Below are positions 12,901-26,350 of a stretch of 64,000 bases of DNA, piece by piece. Made by a program: the position numbers and the translations under genes. Every line of letters begins with the position of its first letter. Positions within the stretch are counted from its first letter, which is position 1. The stretch comes from Podarcis pityusensis (taxonomy: Eukaryota). Below the pieces are notes generated by a model, which saw only the letters and a list, made by a program, of their open reading frames with translations, searched no databases and was not told the origin of the DNA. The stretch lies in assembly GCA_964106645.2 (NCBI GenBank), contig OZ067043.1. One strand, 5' to 3'.

Positions 12901-15557
12901 GTGATGTCCTTGGTTTCAGTATGCATGCACAGGGGCCTCCTGTACTGACATGGTGCAGCTATTTCATCACACTATATTGGTGCAAGATGCTTTTGTGCAG
13001 GTATAAATGTATCACAAAGTTCACCTTACGTGCCAGACAATCATGATGAAAGCTACCAAGTTCTTGGTCTGCTGTGGAAGCACGGGTTTCTACCAAATTC
13101 TCCCTCTGGCAGAATTGTGAGCCCTCCTTAAATGCTGTTTGTTAAGCCTGGATTTCCTCCCCACATAGGCAGTGCACCAGGAATGCGTGCAAACAGTCAC
13201 CATTCTCCGGACATTTAGCTTGCCTCTCTCCCATTACTGAAATGTTGCGGTTACTTGAGGGGGGAAATGCATTTTTAAATGTTCACCTCCCCAGGAAGGC
13301 TCTTTATCCCTGGTGCGCTCCTGAATATAGGTTCTTCCTGGTGCTGCCACTATCCCCATATGAGTGCAGTACTATACCTTTCCTCACTATTTGTGACTAT
13401 TGCGGAAATACCAGTGCCTCAATGGACAAAAGCAAATGCTGCAAATGTTTTCATATTCAGCCGGAGCCATGTTAGAACTGATCCTGAGCAATAGTTTGAG
13501 GTGGCAGAACTAGGGGAGCCATTTACCCTGAATCCCCATGGATGCCATTAACCTGCTTCTTCCTCTAACAAAGCACAAAAGGGAAAAGTACCACAAACTT
13601 CACTTTTTACTTACAATGCTGGTGAATTCAAGAAAAAGTGTGTGTGCATCTATATTCACATATATGCATGATTTTGCATCCTCCTACCTGCACCCATCAA
13701 GTCAGGACTCATTCACACTTCCACATGCCCTGCTGCTTGCCCTCGGGGAAACCCAATCTTTACTGCTGAATTGGAGCAAAAGTCAGTTGGGTTTTTGTCC
13801 AGATTGACATTTGCTCTGATTTAGCACTAAGCAGCAGGCTTTCAGGAAGTTGTGGGGCACAGGCAAAACCACTCAGACCCATGTTTTCCAGGCATGGGAC
13901 AAGCGGAAGTGCGGAAGTGTAGACGAGCCCTCCGTTGCATAGCAAATGTGGTACAAATACATACTGAATTTGACCCAAGTGATGACACAGATCAGAGAGC
14001 CACCCATGGTTTCTCCTAGAGACACAGCAGGATTTCATAGGCATGAGAAGGGGAAGGAAGTTCTTATACCACCTCATGCTCATCCATCAGGACTCCCTGG
14101 CAAGAGCTACCTTTCTTATGCTAATTCACCTGTTGGCTCAACTGGTGGGCCTCATGGCTGAGCTTGTAAGGCCACTGGGCTGCTTCCAGAAGGAGGCTTC
14201 AATCAGGCAACAGGATTTATGCTAGAGAAGCTCCTGTCAGCTGCACAGCCCCTTCCGGCAAGTGGTTCCCAAGGGACATGCTGCCCTTGCAGTGGTGAAG
14301 GAAGAGAAGCAGGTCTGGGCTAGAAGCCAGGTGGCAAGGAAGGCTTAGCTAGGAGCCAAGGGAAATCCCTCTTTTGATCCCAGCTCACTCACTGCTTGAG
14401 TCAACTGGAGCCTCACCTGACCCCCACTCATTACCCCACAAAGCCTCCAACTCTGGGGCAGTGCAGGCAAGAAGACAACTAGCTGCTCAGCTTATATCAA
14501 CAACAAGAAGCCTAGAGCATGCTGGAGTCAAACTGTTCACAACATGATGCCCTCAGTACCAAAGGGAACAGGGAAGATCATTTTGGAGTGCCAGTGGGTA
14601 GAGACTGGGCACAGAATGTTCATCCTAGGCTAGGAGCTGCACAACGTGTATGTTTCTAAATATTCTAGTGGAAGTCAGGAGGAAAAGAGGAAGCAGCAGA
14701 TATTACCAGAAAAGCTTTTCCCAATTCCCCCAGCCGTGCTGGTCAAAGGGCTCCCATGATCACCTTCACATACTGCACCTTTATTGCATTGAACCAGTGT
14801 TGTACTCAATATACAATGGGTCAGAGGGGAGATGACCTTTCTTACCTTATTGAGGGTTCTATGCTTCAGTCTGAAGCCCGAACATTTTAGTAAAAGTCAC
14901 ATGGGACATCCAGCAGAGGTGCTGCTACCCAGGTGTGTTCTGAAGGCACAGGAGGTCACCACTTGGCTGATGCTAAACAAGTTTGTGGCTGGATTGCCTG
15001 AGAACTACATGCATGCCTACTTGGATCCCATGATAGAAGAAAGGAGGGATATAAGTGTAATAAAATAAAATAAAATAACATAATAGATGCTATTCACACA
15101 ATATGTGAAAGTATATTTAATTGGAGGGAGATGCCTGAATCAGGAGATGTTGAAAGAGTGGATTATTATGCCAGTGAGAAGTTAACATTAAGAATAGTGA
15201 ATCCAAGCATCAAATTAAATATTATTCAGTGTTTGATGGACAGGGCTGATCTTTTCTTTTCTTTGCCTTCTTTTGCTACAACCTTTAGACTGCATTCACT
15301 ATCATTCTATAGATTTTCTCCTTCTCCAACACATATTAAGTATGAGCACGGGGGGGGGGGGGCGCTTCTCATTTCATTTGCCCCCAAACCTGAATCCTTT
15401 TGGCGTAGGAAGCAGCACTTCCAAAATGGTGCTAGGCAATAAATTGCGGGGATGGAAGAGACAAGCTGCTTTCCCAGGTGGGATGTTTTCTCCACCTCAT
15501 CCTTCTCTGGAATTGCTATAGGATGGTGGCACTTTGGAAAAAAGATTACATAGATCA

Positions 15558-15700
15558 ATCAGCCTTCCTCAGCCTGCTATCCTCCAGATGTGTGGGACTA
15601 TAACTCCCATAAGCCTCAGCTAGAATGGCCCATGGTCAGGAGAGTGAGCATTATGGTCTACTAACATCCAGAGGGCCACAGATTGGGGAAGGTTGTCCTA
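15558..15700. mobile_element. Degenerate palindromic hAT-like MITE
   Basis: CCTCCAGATG...GACTATAACTCCC ... CATCCAGAGGG arms. A further partial copy is at ~16895-17010. Confidence 0.55.
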
Positions 15701-18589
15701 GATGGATGACTAAAAAAAACCTTGCTTGCCATGTGCATCCTTGGTGCCATCTTGGAGGCACTTTCCCACCTGCCAGTTCAGGGGCTAGAGCTCTTAAAGT
15801 TAGGGCCCAGGGGCAGCATATTTTGGAGAAAATCTGCCACCCCTAAATTGCTCTTCAAATTCACTCCCTGTGATGGAGCTTTCAGCTTGCCTCAAGAATG
15901 ATTCTTGTCACTCTGGTGCTTCTCTGTAAGCTTACCTCAACACTATTCTATATATTTCCTCCATACATTATTTGCTTATATTACCACCCTCTTAATTCAA
16001 AATACTGTATGGTTTAATGGATGTTGAACTAAAGGGAGCCTGTTAAATGGACAGAGGCAGCAAATCAAAGGCTTGTGTCAAAAGTAGCACTGTCCAGCAT
16101 GCCAAGAATAGCCAAAACAGGTAGAAAAGAATAAGGAACTGAGGTTGTGCATCCAAAAATAAGAGTTATGCCACCACAAGTTCTATATACACACACAGCT
16201 CTACAAGGTGACATTGAATTGCATTTGGCCCAGCGCAATTCAAACATAGTTTTGAGCTGGGAGCAGGATGAATTCATTATGCAACCCATAACCCCAAAGC
16301 AGCTACAGAACCACCTGTATGATCTGTAGCAAGTTCATCAAATCAGAAATCTCACTTTGGGTAAATCTTTGAAAGGAAATGTTGCTCCACACTGCAAAAG
16401 AAGTCACCAATTGTGATGTCCCTCCCTCCCTTCATGTACTGATGAGCAAACTTCTTTTTAATCACGGAAATTATTTGTCTGCTTCACTGACTATAACAAC
16501 GGTTTGGACTCCATCTGGCACCCAGGCTGAACCTTAAATTGCTACAGAAAGCAACTGAGGGTAAAACATATGACCTGATTAAATCTATGCATCAACCCAT
16601 CAAATGCAGGATAAAAATAAATAGGCAAACTGAGGTTTTAAAAGAGGCATAAAGGAGTGAGCCGGGGACGCAGCGCTCAACTCTCCTCACTCCAACCCAT
16701 ACACAAACTGCAACCACTGGCCTCAGACTTCCTTTAAATGGGACAGATCAGCTTTGGTAGCTATCACCTTCAGTGCAACAGCAAGGAAATCGACTGCAGT
16801 ATCGGAGCCCCACAAGTCAGGTTGGAAGATAACACCTACTGTGACCATCCAGGATTTTGGGTAGGTGGGATTAACTTAGTCAAGGTTTAGCCCACATACA
16901 GGCAATTTGTGGCTCTCCAGATGCAGGACTACAACTCCCATCAACCCCAGACAACATGTCCAATGGTCAGAGATGAGTTGCAGTGCAGCAATTATTTGGA
17001 GGGCCCAGTGGCAGACCTTAATTGTTGAACTGTTATGGGAGCCCCTTTGCAACCAGCAATTAGGTCTGGATAACCACTGTTATCTTCTTCAGTTGGGTTG
17101 TTTACAATCTTTACAACATCCGTGCTACTGACTCTCAAAAGTCTGAGAAATATAACTAAAACAAATAAATAATCAATTTGAGCCATGCAACTCAAATTGA
17201 GTCTACTAGACCCATTTTTTTTTTAAAAAAAAGCAATGTGGATGAAAGTTGCTTCTGGGGCCCCTCTGGGATTAAGGGCCCTGAAGTTTAAATTTCATTA
17301 GTTTCGTAGCAGATCCACTCCTGGGTTCCCCATCTCTGGTTTAGGCTCTTGCCTTCGGAAGGGTGCAGTCAAGACTGATTCACAAAAAAGTAGCAATGGA
17401 AACTCAAAAGTCTTTGCCGAAGGGAGAGGAGGGGGTATCCTAAACACGATGGCTCTGGTTGTGATGCAAGCAATACATTTGCTTGCTGGTGTTGAGATTT
17501 GGTGAAGTTGGTGTTCCGTTTTTTAGAGACAGTTCCTAGATATCATTCCTAAAAATATGAAACCTGTTCCAAAGTGCTATGAGAAAAAAACAGTAATAGG
17601 TCCCACCCCCAATAATCTTAATTAATGAGTTGATTTTTCTTTTGTACTTGTAGTCATTCTGATACTTCATTTAAAGTTTCATAGTATATTTCTTGGTACA
17701 TCCAAAACTAAGGGAACTGAACGCGATTTTCATTTTTTTAAGTCATTCTTGCTGGCTGTGGGACTTCTTCTAGAAGTGCAAAAATGCTGTGTTCCCCTTA
17801 CCGCAAACCAAGTTGCAGAACTTACAAATTGCAGCTGGCTTCCAGTATTTGAAGTTTCTTGCTAGTATTGATATCTCTTGTGAAAATGATAGTATAACCA
17901 AGTCAGTATTAATACAATTTTTAAAAGGTTCGATTTCCTCTCTTTTAAATTTACTGCTGACAAATCACCAAAAATATGACTATTCACCCTATACTATACT
18001 TTGTGTTGAAAGCCATGCATATAAAGGTATTGTTTGCTTGTGGCTGATGCAAGACATTTTGCTGCCTTTGGCAAAAGACAAAATGGCGTCTCACCATTCC
18101 ATGTACAGAAGCCAACTAGACTAGCATTTAAATCTTATTTCAATACTAGCAATGGTATAGTGTCCACCATACCTGAGGGCAGCAGACTACTTCTGTGGTT
18201 GCAGGATATGTCACAAGGCAGCATTGTCCTCAACAAAATGGTATGGTCCGGGAACTCACCAGGGGGAATACCCAAGGGGCTGCTGTCATTGCACCCCAGC
18301 ACCTGGTAAATTAGACAGTCACCTCACTCTGTCTAATGGTAGGGCTGGCCTTGTTGATGCCTTTTCTTCTTGCTTTTAGTTGTTTTCACTTTTAAAAAGT
18401 TACTGAGAGCATGGATCCTGCAATCTGTTTCAGGAATGCCTCTGTTCAAAGGCTCAGATAAATTCCTTGTCCAAACCCCTGACCACAGACACTGTCCCAG
18501 CAGTGCAATCAGTGCATCAGTGTCTGAAACTTCCCCTTTACTCCACACAGAGCATCAAAAGTTCTGGACAGGTGTTACTAAGAAAAGTG

Positions 18590-18992
18590 AGGGGAAACTT
18601 CTTGGCTCCATGGGCCAGATCCTTAGCAGGATCTGATCTAGCCTCACAGGCCAAATTTGACAGGTAGGTGAGGCTTCCCACCTGTCAATCACCTGACTGC
18701 ACAAGGGAATCAGTGCTTTGAGGTCTCAAAGCTATGACTTCAAAGCACCACATGCAGCCAGTCCAGCAGGCTTCCGATCCACAAATTGGTGGTGGGCAAG
18801 CCTGTTTTCCCTTGCTAATTCACAACAAGGAGTGCACTTCAAGGTTCCTGATTGTGCACTGGCAGATGCATCTTACCTGCCCCGCACCTAACGTCATATA
18901 TGACATCAGGTGTGGGCAGCTGGGGTGGATGGCCATATTTGAACCTCTGGTGAGCCAAGTTTGCTCCGTGGGCCAGAGGTTCCCCACCCCTG
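18590..18992. mobile_element. Old hAT-like non-autonomous element
   Basis: Right end GGGCCAGAGGTTCCCCACCCCTG is typical of the Charlie-like TIRs seen elsewhere in the window. The left end is degraded. Confidence 0.45.
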
Positions 18993-20840
18993 TGCTAAAG
19001 TGTGCAGGAAGTGGAGTTACCAATAGCTACATGGTCTTTACAGCCCCTCATGCAGTAAATTCTGTTCTCTGGCTCTCTCTAGAGGCCACGGGGAAACACA
19101 GCAGCTCCCCACACCTCCAGCTGGCAAATGGAATTTAATGTATATAAGCTGTGAGGGTACAATGGTGACCCCAAAGGTGTAGGGCCTGAGTAGTGCTGGA
19201 AAGCATTTCCTGCTACCAGACAACACACACCATAAGGTGATGGAAGGGAGCAATACAAGAAAGCAAGGGCTAGAGCCCTCAAAAAGAAAAAGGCCACCTT
19301 ACTGAAGTCTCCAGCGGGGGGGATAATGCACATGTGCAGCCACAAAAGTTTATTCACTCACACCTACAACCATAACCAACCTTAAATGCAGACTTTCTGG
19401 CTTCATAAAGCGGATGGAACGGCAGCCAAGCAGCAGCCCCCCCTTTCTGCACTCCTGTATGTTTATGGGCTGGAGCCCCCAAACTGTTTTATGCATCTCC
19501 ACCCTCATGAGAAACAGCCTGGCAGTGATGCCTGAGCCACATTGAGCCTGGCAATTCCTCACCTCTTTGCGCTGTCTCCCCGGGAGCCAGCACAAAGAGG
19601 CTTTGAGAGAGTGTGGTTACCAGCTTTCATTGAGTCTCCGGCATTAACTTCTCCCCTTTACCCCCTTTTTAAACTTGCTGTGGCAGCCGCAGCAACAGGA
19701 CCCCCTCGCTTCTTTGTGGAACTTGAACACTCACACACACACTCACACAAATCCTTCCTCCCCCATTGGAAAAAGGCTCCCTCCCCTCCCCCTCACTTTA
19801 GGGCTTTAGGGAAGATTCCCCACTGACCTGCTCTTGGGGGCAGGGAACCCCTTGGCTGCTCATTCCCGGTATCCTGGGGCGTTGCTAGAGCTGTGGCTGT
19901 TTGCTGCCTCCTTCACATCCAGCCCCGCTGCTACTGGGGCGATAATGTGCTTGCCTCTCCCTCATGAACTTGGCATTACTCTCAGCTCAGTTCTCCCAGC
20001 ACCATGCTGCCCCCGCCTGCCCAGTGCCCAGCACCGCGCTGCCCAGCACCCGCCAACATTCTATACCCAGCCACATGGCTCCCCTCTACTGCTGCAATCT
20101 CTCCCTCTTCTCACACACAGAGGAGCCCACACTCCCAGAAGGACCTAGGATCACCCATTTCCTCTGCTATTAAGGCTGTATACACCCTACCACCACCAAA
20201 TCCTGGGAATCATAGTTTATCCATTCACAGAGCTGCGATTCCCAGCACCTTTCATGAGCTACTTTTAATGTATGGCGCACATGCAGCCTAGTCTCCACTC
20301 TCATGGACAAAAGGTGGCTCCTCCTAACAAGTGATAACCTACAGTACACAAGGAAAGCTCATCATGTTATCTGGGAGATTTGCAGTCGGATCTTCCAGTG
20401 CTTTGGTTTTCATTAAAGATTGGGTCAGGGCAGAACTGCTGTGAAAGGCAGCATGCAACTCCTCTCGCTCAAAGCATTTCCCGAGCCTATTTGTCCCACT
20501 GCAGAAAGTGTACTTGGTAAACGATGAACAAACGGGAATGAGGTAAAGACTCAGAGGGAACGAAGAAAGAGCGTGGAATCCCAGCAAATTCCACATCATG
20601 CTTTCAGGCTACAAACAAATGAAGCTGGAGGGTGCAAGGCAGTGTCAGGATATATTTGGCCAGCATGACTAAACCAAGCAAAATGAGCCTGGAGGTCTAT
20701 CCCTGTCGTACAGCCCATATCCATTTGCTTTCCAAGGGTCCTTTGTGGAATTGCTCTTGAGAGGTTATGGATGTACTTCATTTTCCAAGTGTGGCTCATT
20801 CCTTCCCAGCATTCAGTATTCAGATCCCACTGAACCAGGA

Positions 20841-21030
20841 CCTAGGAAGCTGCCATATACCAAAGCCAGGCCATTGGTCTATCTAGCTGCGTAGTGTCTA
20901 CATTCAACTAGCAACAACTCTTTAAGGTTTCAGCCAGAACACTTTTCCATCTCTACCTGGAGATGCTGGGGACTGAACTGGGTACCTTTTCTATGCAAAT
21001 GGTTCCCATTATATCCACTGGCCTATGGAG
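20841..21030 (-). mobile_element. tRNA-derived SINE (same family as 23530)
   Basis: Reverse complement of the 23530-23695 pattern (CCTGGAGATGCTGGGGACTGAAC B-box region, TAGGAAGCTGCC tail). Confidence 0.6.
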
Positions 21031-21155
21031 CCAGCTATAAGCACCTTCAGGTAGAGATGCAGCAAACAGCTCCCGGGCAGGGATCTGGCTTACCTGAAGC
21101 TGAGACTTGCATGCACAGCAACATGGAAAGCTGCTGTATATCATTTATCAAGATC

Positions 21156-21497
21156 TGGATAGCTCAGTTGTTAGAGCTGACAATGCCAAGGCTGCAGGTT
21201 TGATCCCTGTTTGGGACAGCTGCATATTCCTCCATTGCAGGAGGCTGGACTACAGGACTCCTGGACAGTTAAGTCCAGTCAAAGGCAACTATGGCTCATC
21301 TTGCTTTCAGGCTGAGGGAGCCGGCGTTTGTCCACAGATGGTTTTCCAGGTCATGTGGCCAGTATGACTAAACCGCTTCTGGAGCAATGAAACACAGTGA
21401 CATAAGCCAGAGCGCATGGAAACACCATTTACCTTCCTGCTGCAGCAGTACTTGCGATGATCCTTAGGGTCCTTTGCAACTCTACAATTCTATGATC
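21156..21497 (+). mobile_element. tRNA-head/CR1-tail SINE with a nested antisense Sauria SINE fragment (21253-21455)
   Basis: Head GGATAGCTCAGTTG...GCAGGTTTGATCCC. The CR1-type tail GGACTA|GATGATCC..GGTCC..CAACTCTACAATTCTATGAT is split by sequence matching 49320-49530. Confidence 0.75.
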
Positions 21498-21514
21498 AAG
21501 TCAGACCCTTGACC

Positions 21515-21592
21515 CACCTTTCCCAGGGACTGAACCTGTGACCTTCTGCATGCAAAGCAAATGTTCTACCACTGAGCTACAGCTCCTCCCCA
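21515..21592 (-). mobile_element. tRNA-derived SINE head
   Basis: Minus strand GCTGTAGCTCAGTGGTAGAACATTTGCTTTGCATGCAGAAGGTCACAGGTTCAGTCCCTGG has A and B boxes but no intact cloverleaf. Confidence 0.65.
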
Positions 21593-23134
21593 ACATCCCC
21601 AACTCTGACATCCCCACCCTGACTTCCCAATTCCATTTGGAAATGGAGAGAACTCTGGGGTGCAGGGCTGAAGGAGCATGTGGGGCCTCTTGCTCCGCTT
21701 TGCATCCAATAGTGGTGCAACCCTTTCCCATTTGCCCAGCAGGCACTCAGTGTGGTGAAAGAGCCAGCTCAGCTTGACCTCGCCTAATGAGGCCTCATTA
21801 GCAGCATCCAGCTGTTGACTGCCCCTCCCTTTCAATTAGCTAGCACTAGAAGGGGAGGGCTGCCTCACAGATGGGCTCAGACCCCACAGCGCTTGGGCAA
21901 GCAGCCGGGCGCCAAGAAGGAAAGGCAGCCAGGAAGGGCTTAAGTTTTTCTTACTCCTGCAGTGAAGGAGACTCCACCCGCTTCCGCCCCCCCCCACTGG
22001 CCTCTCCCAAACCCAGTGCGGGCTCAGCGCCTGTGCTTTCAGGCTGGCCCGGCTCCTTGGAGGCAGTAATACCTGGCACAGGATTACAGTCTTGCTGGAG
22101 TCTGCAGAGGCAGGCATCCTGGGCCCAAACAGATTTCATAACAACTCATTCACAGTGCTCACATACAGTATTCCTTGCTGAGCTATTTAAGTCTTGGTTT
22201 GGCACACACCCCTGGCCTTATAGGGACTTCTGCCTGCACCCACCTGTTGTAGGGCATCCCAAAAAGCCCAGCCAGTCACAGAGCTGAAAAGAAGTCAGAG
22301 CTGTAAAGAGACAGCTCTGAGACGTGTACGTGTGTGTGTGTGTGTGTAGCCAGGCTTGAGTCTAGTTCTTGGCATGGCAGTGTAGGTCCTGCCCCACAGC
22401 TAGCTTAGCCCTCTGAGGTCAATGGCAACTGTACGCAGCCACTTGCCCCTCTGCAGGGGCCTGTATATAGCACCACAGTCTGCTTAGGATATAGCTAACT
22501 AGCACTGGGCCTGGACTGGTGTCGAAGGCTTGATTGTGAGAGTCAAGGTTTCTCTTTCTCCTTGTCACCCTTGGATGTGTGTGTGTGTGTTCTGTAGCCA
22601 TGCCTTGGCCAGATAGCTCTGCCACTCAGAGAATACCAAGAACTATGACAAGATGGTAGGTTTGAGGTCCCAGGTGGAAGATCAGTGCTGGGGCAGCCCT
22701 ATGAAGCCTGCCTGCCTGGGGGTGGGGACACCCTCGGCAAGGCTGCCCCTGAAAGGGGCACAACACCAAAGGGGGCAACAGCAAAGGGGAGTTATCCCTT
22801 TGGTGGCAGCACTGTGGGGGTGGAACGAGGGAGTGAGCCAGCCCCCTTGTGTTAAAGTTATTGTTTTCACGGGGATGTGGTTTTAACTTGGATGGGTGCT
22901 GTTTTATTGGGAGGATGGGGTTGTTTCAAATTGTTTTTAAATGTTATATGTTAATTTGGATTTTCTATTTGTATTTGTGGGTGGGCTGGAGCATTGTTTA
23001 GGGGCTTTTGTTGGGGAGTGTATTGTTTATTAGTGTCTATACTGTACATCACAATTGTTTATTGTTTTGATTATTTTTATCATATATTTTGTGCTTTGAT
23101 TATTTTTCTTACAATTTTTTTGCTTTGTATATTG

Positions 23135-23189
23135 TAACTTTGTGTTTTGAACTGCCCTGAGACCTACAGGTAGAGAGCAGTATGCAAAT

Positions 23190-23225
<36 letters not shown>
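23135..23225 (+). mobile_element. L2-like 3' end with (AAAT)n tail
   Basis: ACTGCCCTGAGACC...GCAGTATGCAAATTT followed by ~8 AAAT units. Confidence 0.55.
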
Positions 23226-23529
23226 GTGGAAACCTTTAGGCAGGCATATTGCTGGATACATGGGTTCATGACATAAATTTGCATTCAATCTCCCTATGCT
23301 AACTTAAATGTATTGATATTTAAGGGAAACTAAGGTAGCGGGTGACTAAGGTAGTGGGTTCACCGGTAGTGAACTCTGCAGTGTGCCCAGCTGTCCTATA
23401 TGCAAACTTGTTTTTAAAAAGTTCCCCCCCCCCCCAAAAAAAAGAGGCAAAGGAGTAGGCGATCCAGAGCCTATTGCAAAAAACCTGGGGTTCAGCAATA
23501 CCCCTGCCTGCAGGTTCTCCTTCCAGTAG

Positions 23530-23695
23530 AGAGGGGCTATAGCACAGTGGCATGCTTACAGTTCCAGGTTCAATTCCTGGCCTCTCCAGGCAAGGCAGAG
23601 AAAGATCTCTGTCTGAAACCCTAAAGAACCTCTGCCAATCCTTGTTGACCATACTGAGCTAGATGGACTGACTTGGTGTAAAACACTTTCCTATA
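23530..23695 (+). mobile_element. tRNA-derived SINE
   Basis: GGGCTATAGCACAGTGG..CCAGGTTCAATTCCTGGC head, with CTGAAACCCT..GAGCTAGATGGAC body and tail. Confidence 0.65.
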
Positions 23696-25759
23696 TGTGA
23701 GTCTGGGTTTTGCTCAGAGTAGACACTGAGTAAAACTAGCTATCACTCATTGCCTTAAACCATTCCATTCCTCACTGAGACCTTCTGACTTTGTATCACA
23801 GTGGTATTAGGGTGCAATCCACTCTGTGAATGTGCAGTGCTGCTAAATATATCCTAATCCCCACCATGTTTTAACAATGCCTCATCTTAGGTCAGTTCTG
23901 GCTCTTTGGGTGGATGAACCAGATATGCTTAGATTAACTTTCTGAAACTTTATCCCACTATCTTGAGATGCAAAGGTTCCCAAAATTGATTGAGGTAGTG
24001 GCGAAGGGAAAAGAGCAACAACTTATCCAAGTGGAAAGGGAAGCCTATCCAATAGTGCAGACCTCACCAGCCTGGTGCCTTCCAGATGTTTTGGACTACA
24101 AATCCCATCGGCTGGAGGGCACCAGATTGGCGAAGCTGCTTTAGGGACATGTGATCCCACAGAGCCATCCCAGGTTGCCTTTCCTCCAGGAATCACATGC
24201 CACATCCTGCTGCTGCTCTCCCTTCCTCTTGATGTCATCAAAGCCATCTCCATGGTAACCATTTATGAAGTCACCATGCACTGAGCTGACCATCTGGTGA
24301 TAACAATGAGCAACAGAAAAGAGGGGAAGTTAAGATGGCACAACAAATGTCTTCTATTTTCTCCAACTTGGGCTCCTCATAGGGGCACCAAGAACTTGTT
24401 TCTCAGTCTCCCCTTTTGGACTCAGTCTGACCTGCCTTGTTCTTTAGGGACGCTCTTGTTGTCTTTACTGCTTTTGATAGAATGCTAAGCCTCACCACCT
24501 CCCCTACTATGGCTTCGAGCACCCCAGCTGTTTCCTGAGCATCAACTGTCCAAGGAGCCCAATGAGGCGTGAATGAGACAGCAGAACATGGCAGGGAAGT
24601 GCAGAGAAGGGGGGGGGAGAGACCAGATGGGGTCTGGGGGGCTGCCATTGCTACACATGGACAAGGCATGGTCCAGTGATAAGCTGCCACGCGTGGGGGC
24701 AGTCGGCATGCAATACTAGCTTAGAACCAGTAAGTCCCACTCTGCAAAACCTACTTGCCGCCACAGCTGCAAAAGGCAAATTGAGGGTCATGCCAGCAAC
24801 AGAGTCTAATTCAGCCAGAAGGTGGAGCTAGACAGGATAGGCAGGATAGGAATCCTATGTCAGATATAAAAGCAAAGGGCAAAGGAGACACATTCATTCT
24901 TGTTAGTTACATTCATTCTAATGCAAAGAAGGAAAAATACAGTTGGCAGAATGAAAATGCTTTCCGTGCAGATACAAATGTCTTACATTTCAGGAAATCA
25001 GACACCAAACTGCAGGGTGAAACTGTGCTCTTGGGGATGGCTTATTTTTAATGGGAGATACTTATGACCAGAACACAGAAGGAACATGCTCAAACATCTC
25101 AAACTAGAACAACCATGTTCTGCAAGGGCTACATAAATCCTGGATGGGTCAGTCTCAGGAAACCCAGCCTGGCTAAAAAATCTTGAGCTGAATGGAAGCT
25201 TAGTCATTCTTCTAAATTGGAAATATGTACAAAGACTTTATTCTACCTTAAACCATTTACAACAACAAACTTAAAGCAAGAAAGAGAGCGTCTTTCCATT
25301 TAAAACCACCACACAAGTATTTGTGCCATATCACAGAAGAGCTTCACACTGGGTTTGGGGTTCCATCTATGAGTCCCTTTGCTGTCACTTCTCATCTTTC
25401 CCTTGGAGATAAATCCAGCACAGGAATCATGGGTAAAAGACCATGTCACCTACTATCACTGCTTAGGACAATGGTGTTCTTTGCTAGTCTCTGTGGTCCA
25501 ATAATCTTAAAGTCACATCATGTACTGTGCCAATCTACATCGCAATAACTGTGTTACAGGGCCACGTACCTGTCTCTGGACATCTTTGGGGTGTTGGTGG
25601 GTGTTGCAGTGATCTACTACAGGTTCAACGGGGTGTGCTCAGGTGTATTATCTGCCGATGAACATGTATAAAGACTAACTGAATGTACACTGAAACTCTC
25701 CACAAAAGATTCTTTCAACTGCAGACTTAGCTCAATTGTTTAGAACGATTCCCCTGTGT

Positions 25760-25761
<2 letters not shown>

Positions 25762-25790
<29 letters not shown>
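25762..25790. repeat. (AC)n microsatellite
   Basis: Direct inspection. Confidence 0.9.
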
Positions 25791-25793
<3 letters not shown>

Positions 25794-26224
25794 GGCTTGC
25801 ACCTTTTGGTTTACATACATTCACAACAGCACACCCACCCACTTCATACCAAGGGATTTGTACATCTCTCCTCACCCCCACTGGTATATCACCTTGAAGC
25901 AGGTCAGAGTTTCTGGCATGCCCTTCTTACTCCCAGTTTTTCAGTTGTGTCCACGACAAAGATACATACACCCTGCAGGAACCCAGGAAGAGTGGGAGCA
26001 AGCTTTGGAAGGGTTTTAAATTCCTAGGCACATATTTATTCTCAGGCTCAGCATATGAAGGATGAGAACAGGCCCTGACCAAAGGCTCCTATGGACAAGT
26101 AGATTTCCAGATGGGAACAGGAAGGGAATAAATCTGGCCACAGCCTTAGTTGCATCTATACTGGATAAATGTAATGCATACACAGAGCTACCTGGAAACA
26201 TCTGCTGGTAGTTCAAAATGCAGG

Positions 26225-26350
26225 AGCTAGACTTAACAGGTGCTGGTTTATTCGGGACATGCAACCCCTCTTTTGTACAAAGTACACTGGGTCCTAGTTT
26301 GTTTCCAGGCACAATCCAAAGGGCTGATTATTGCCTTTAAAGCCATTGAT
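26225..26350 (+). mobile_element. L2 LINE ORF2 C-terminal remnant
   Basis: HATPLLYKVHWVLVCFQAQSKGLIIAFKA resembles the L2 motif HITP.L..LHWLP...R..FK.L...FKA. Confidence 0.6.

Noticed and set aside
20339-20599. ORF ending ...MMSFPCVL, resembling a GlyT1 N-terminus
   Set aside because: Followed by a TAG stop, not a phase-0 GT donor.
21094-21144. Phase-0 mini-exon MIYSSFPCCCACKSQLQ with CAG|GTAAGC donor
   Set aside because: Weak Kozak, wedged between SINEs and with no promoter features; probably chance.
21515-21592. Possible tRNA gene
   Set aside because: Degenerate stems, and the same head is found on SINE copies elsewhere; it is a SINE head.
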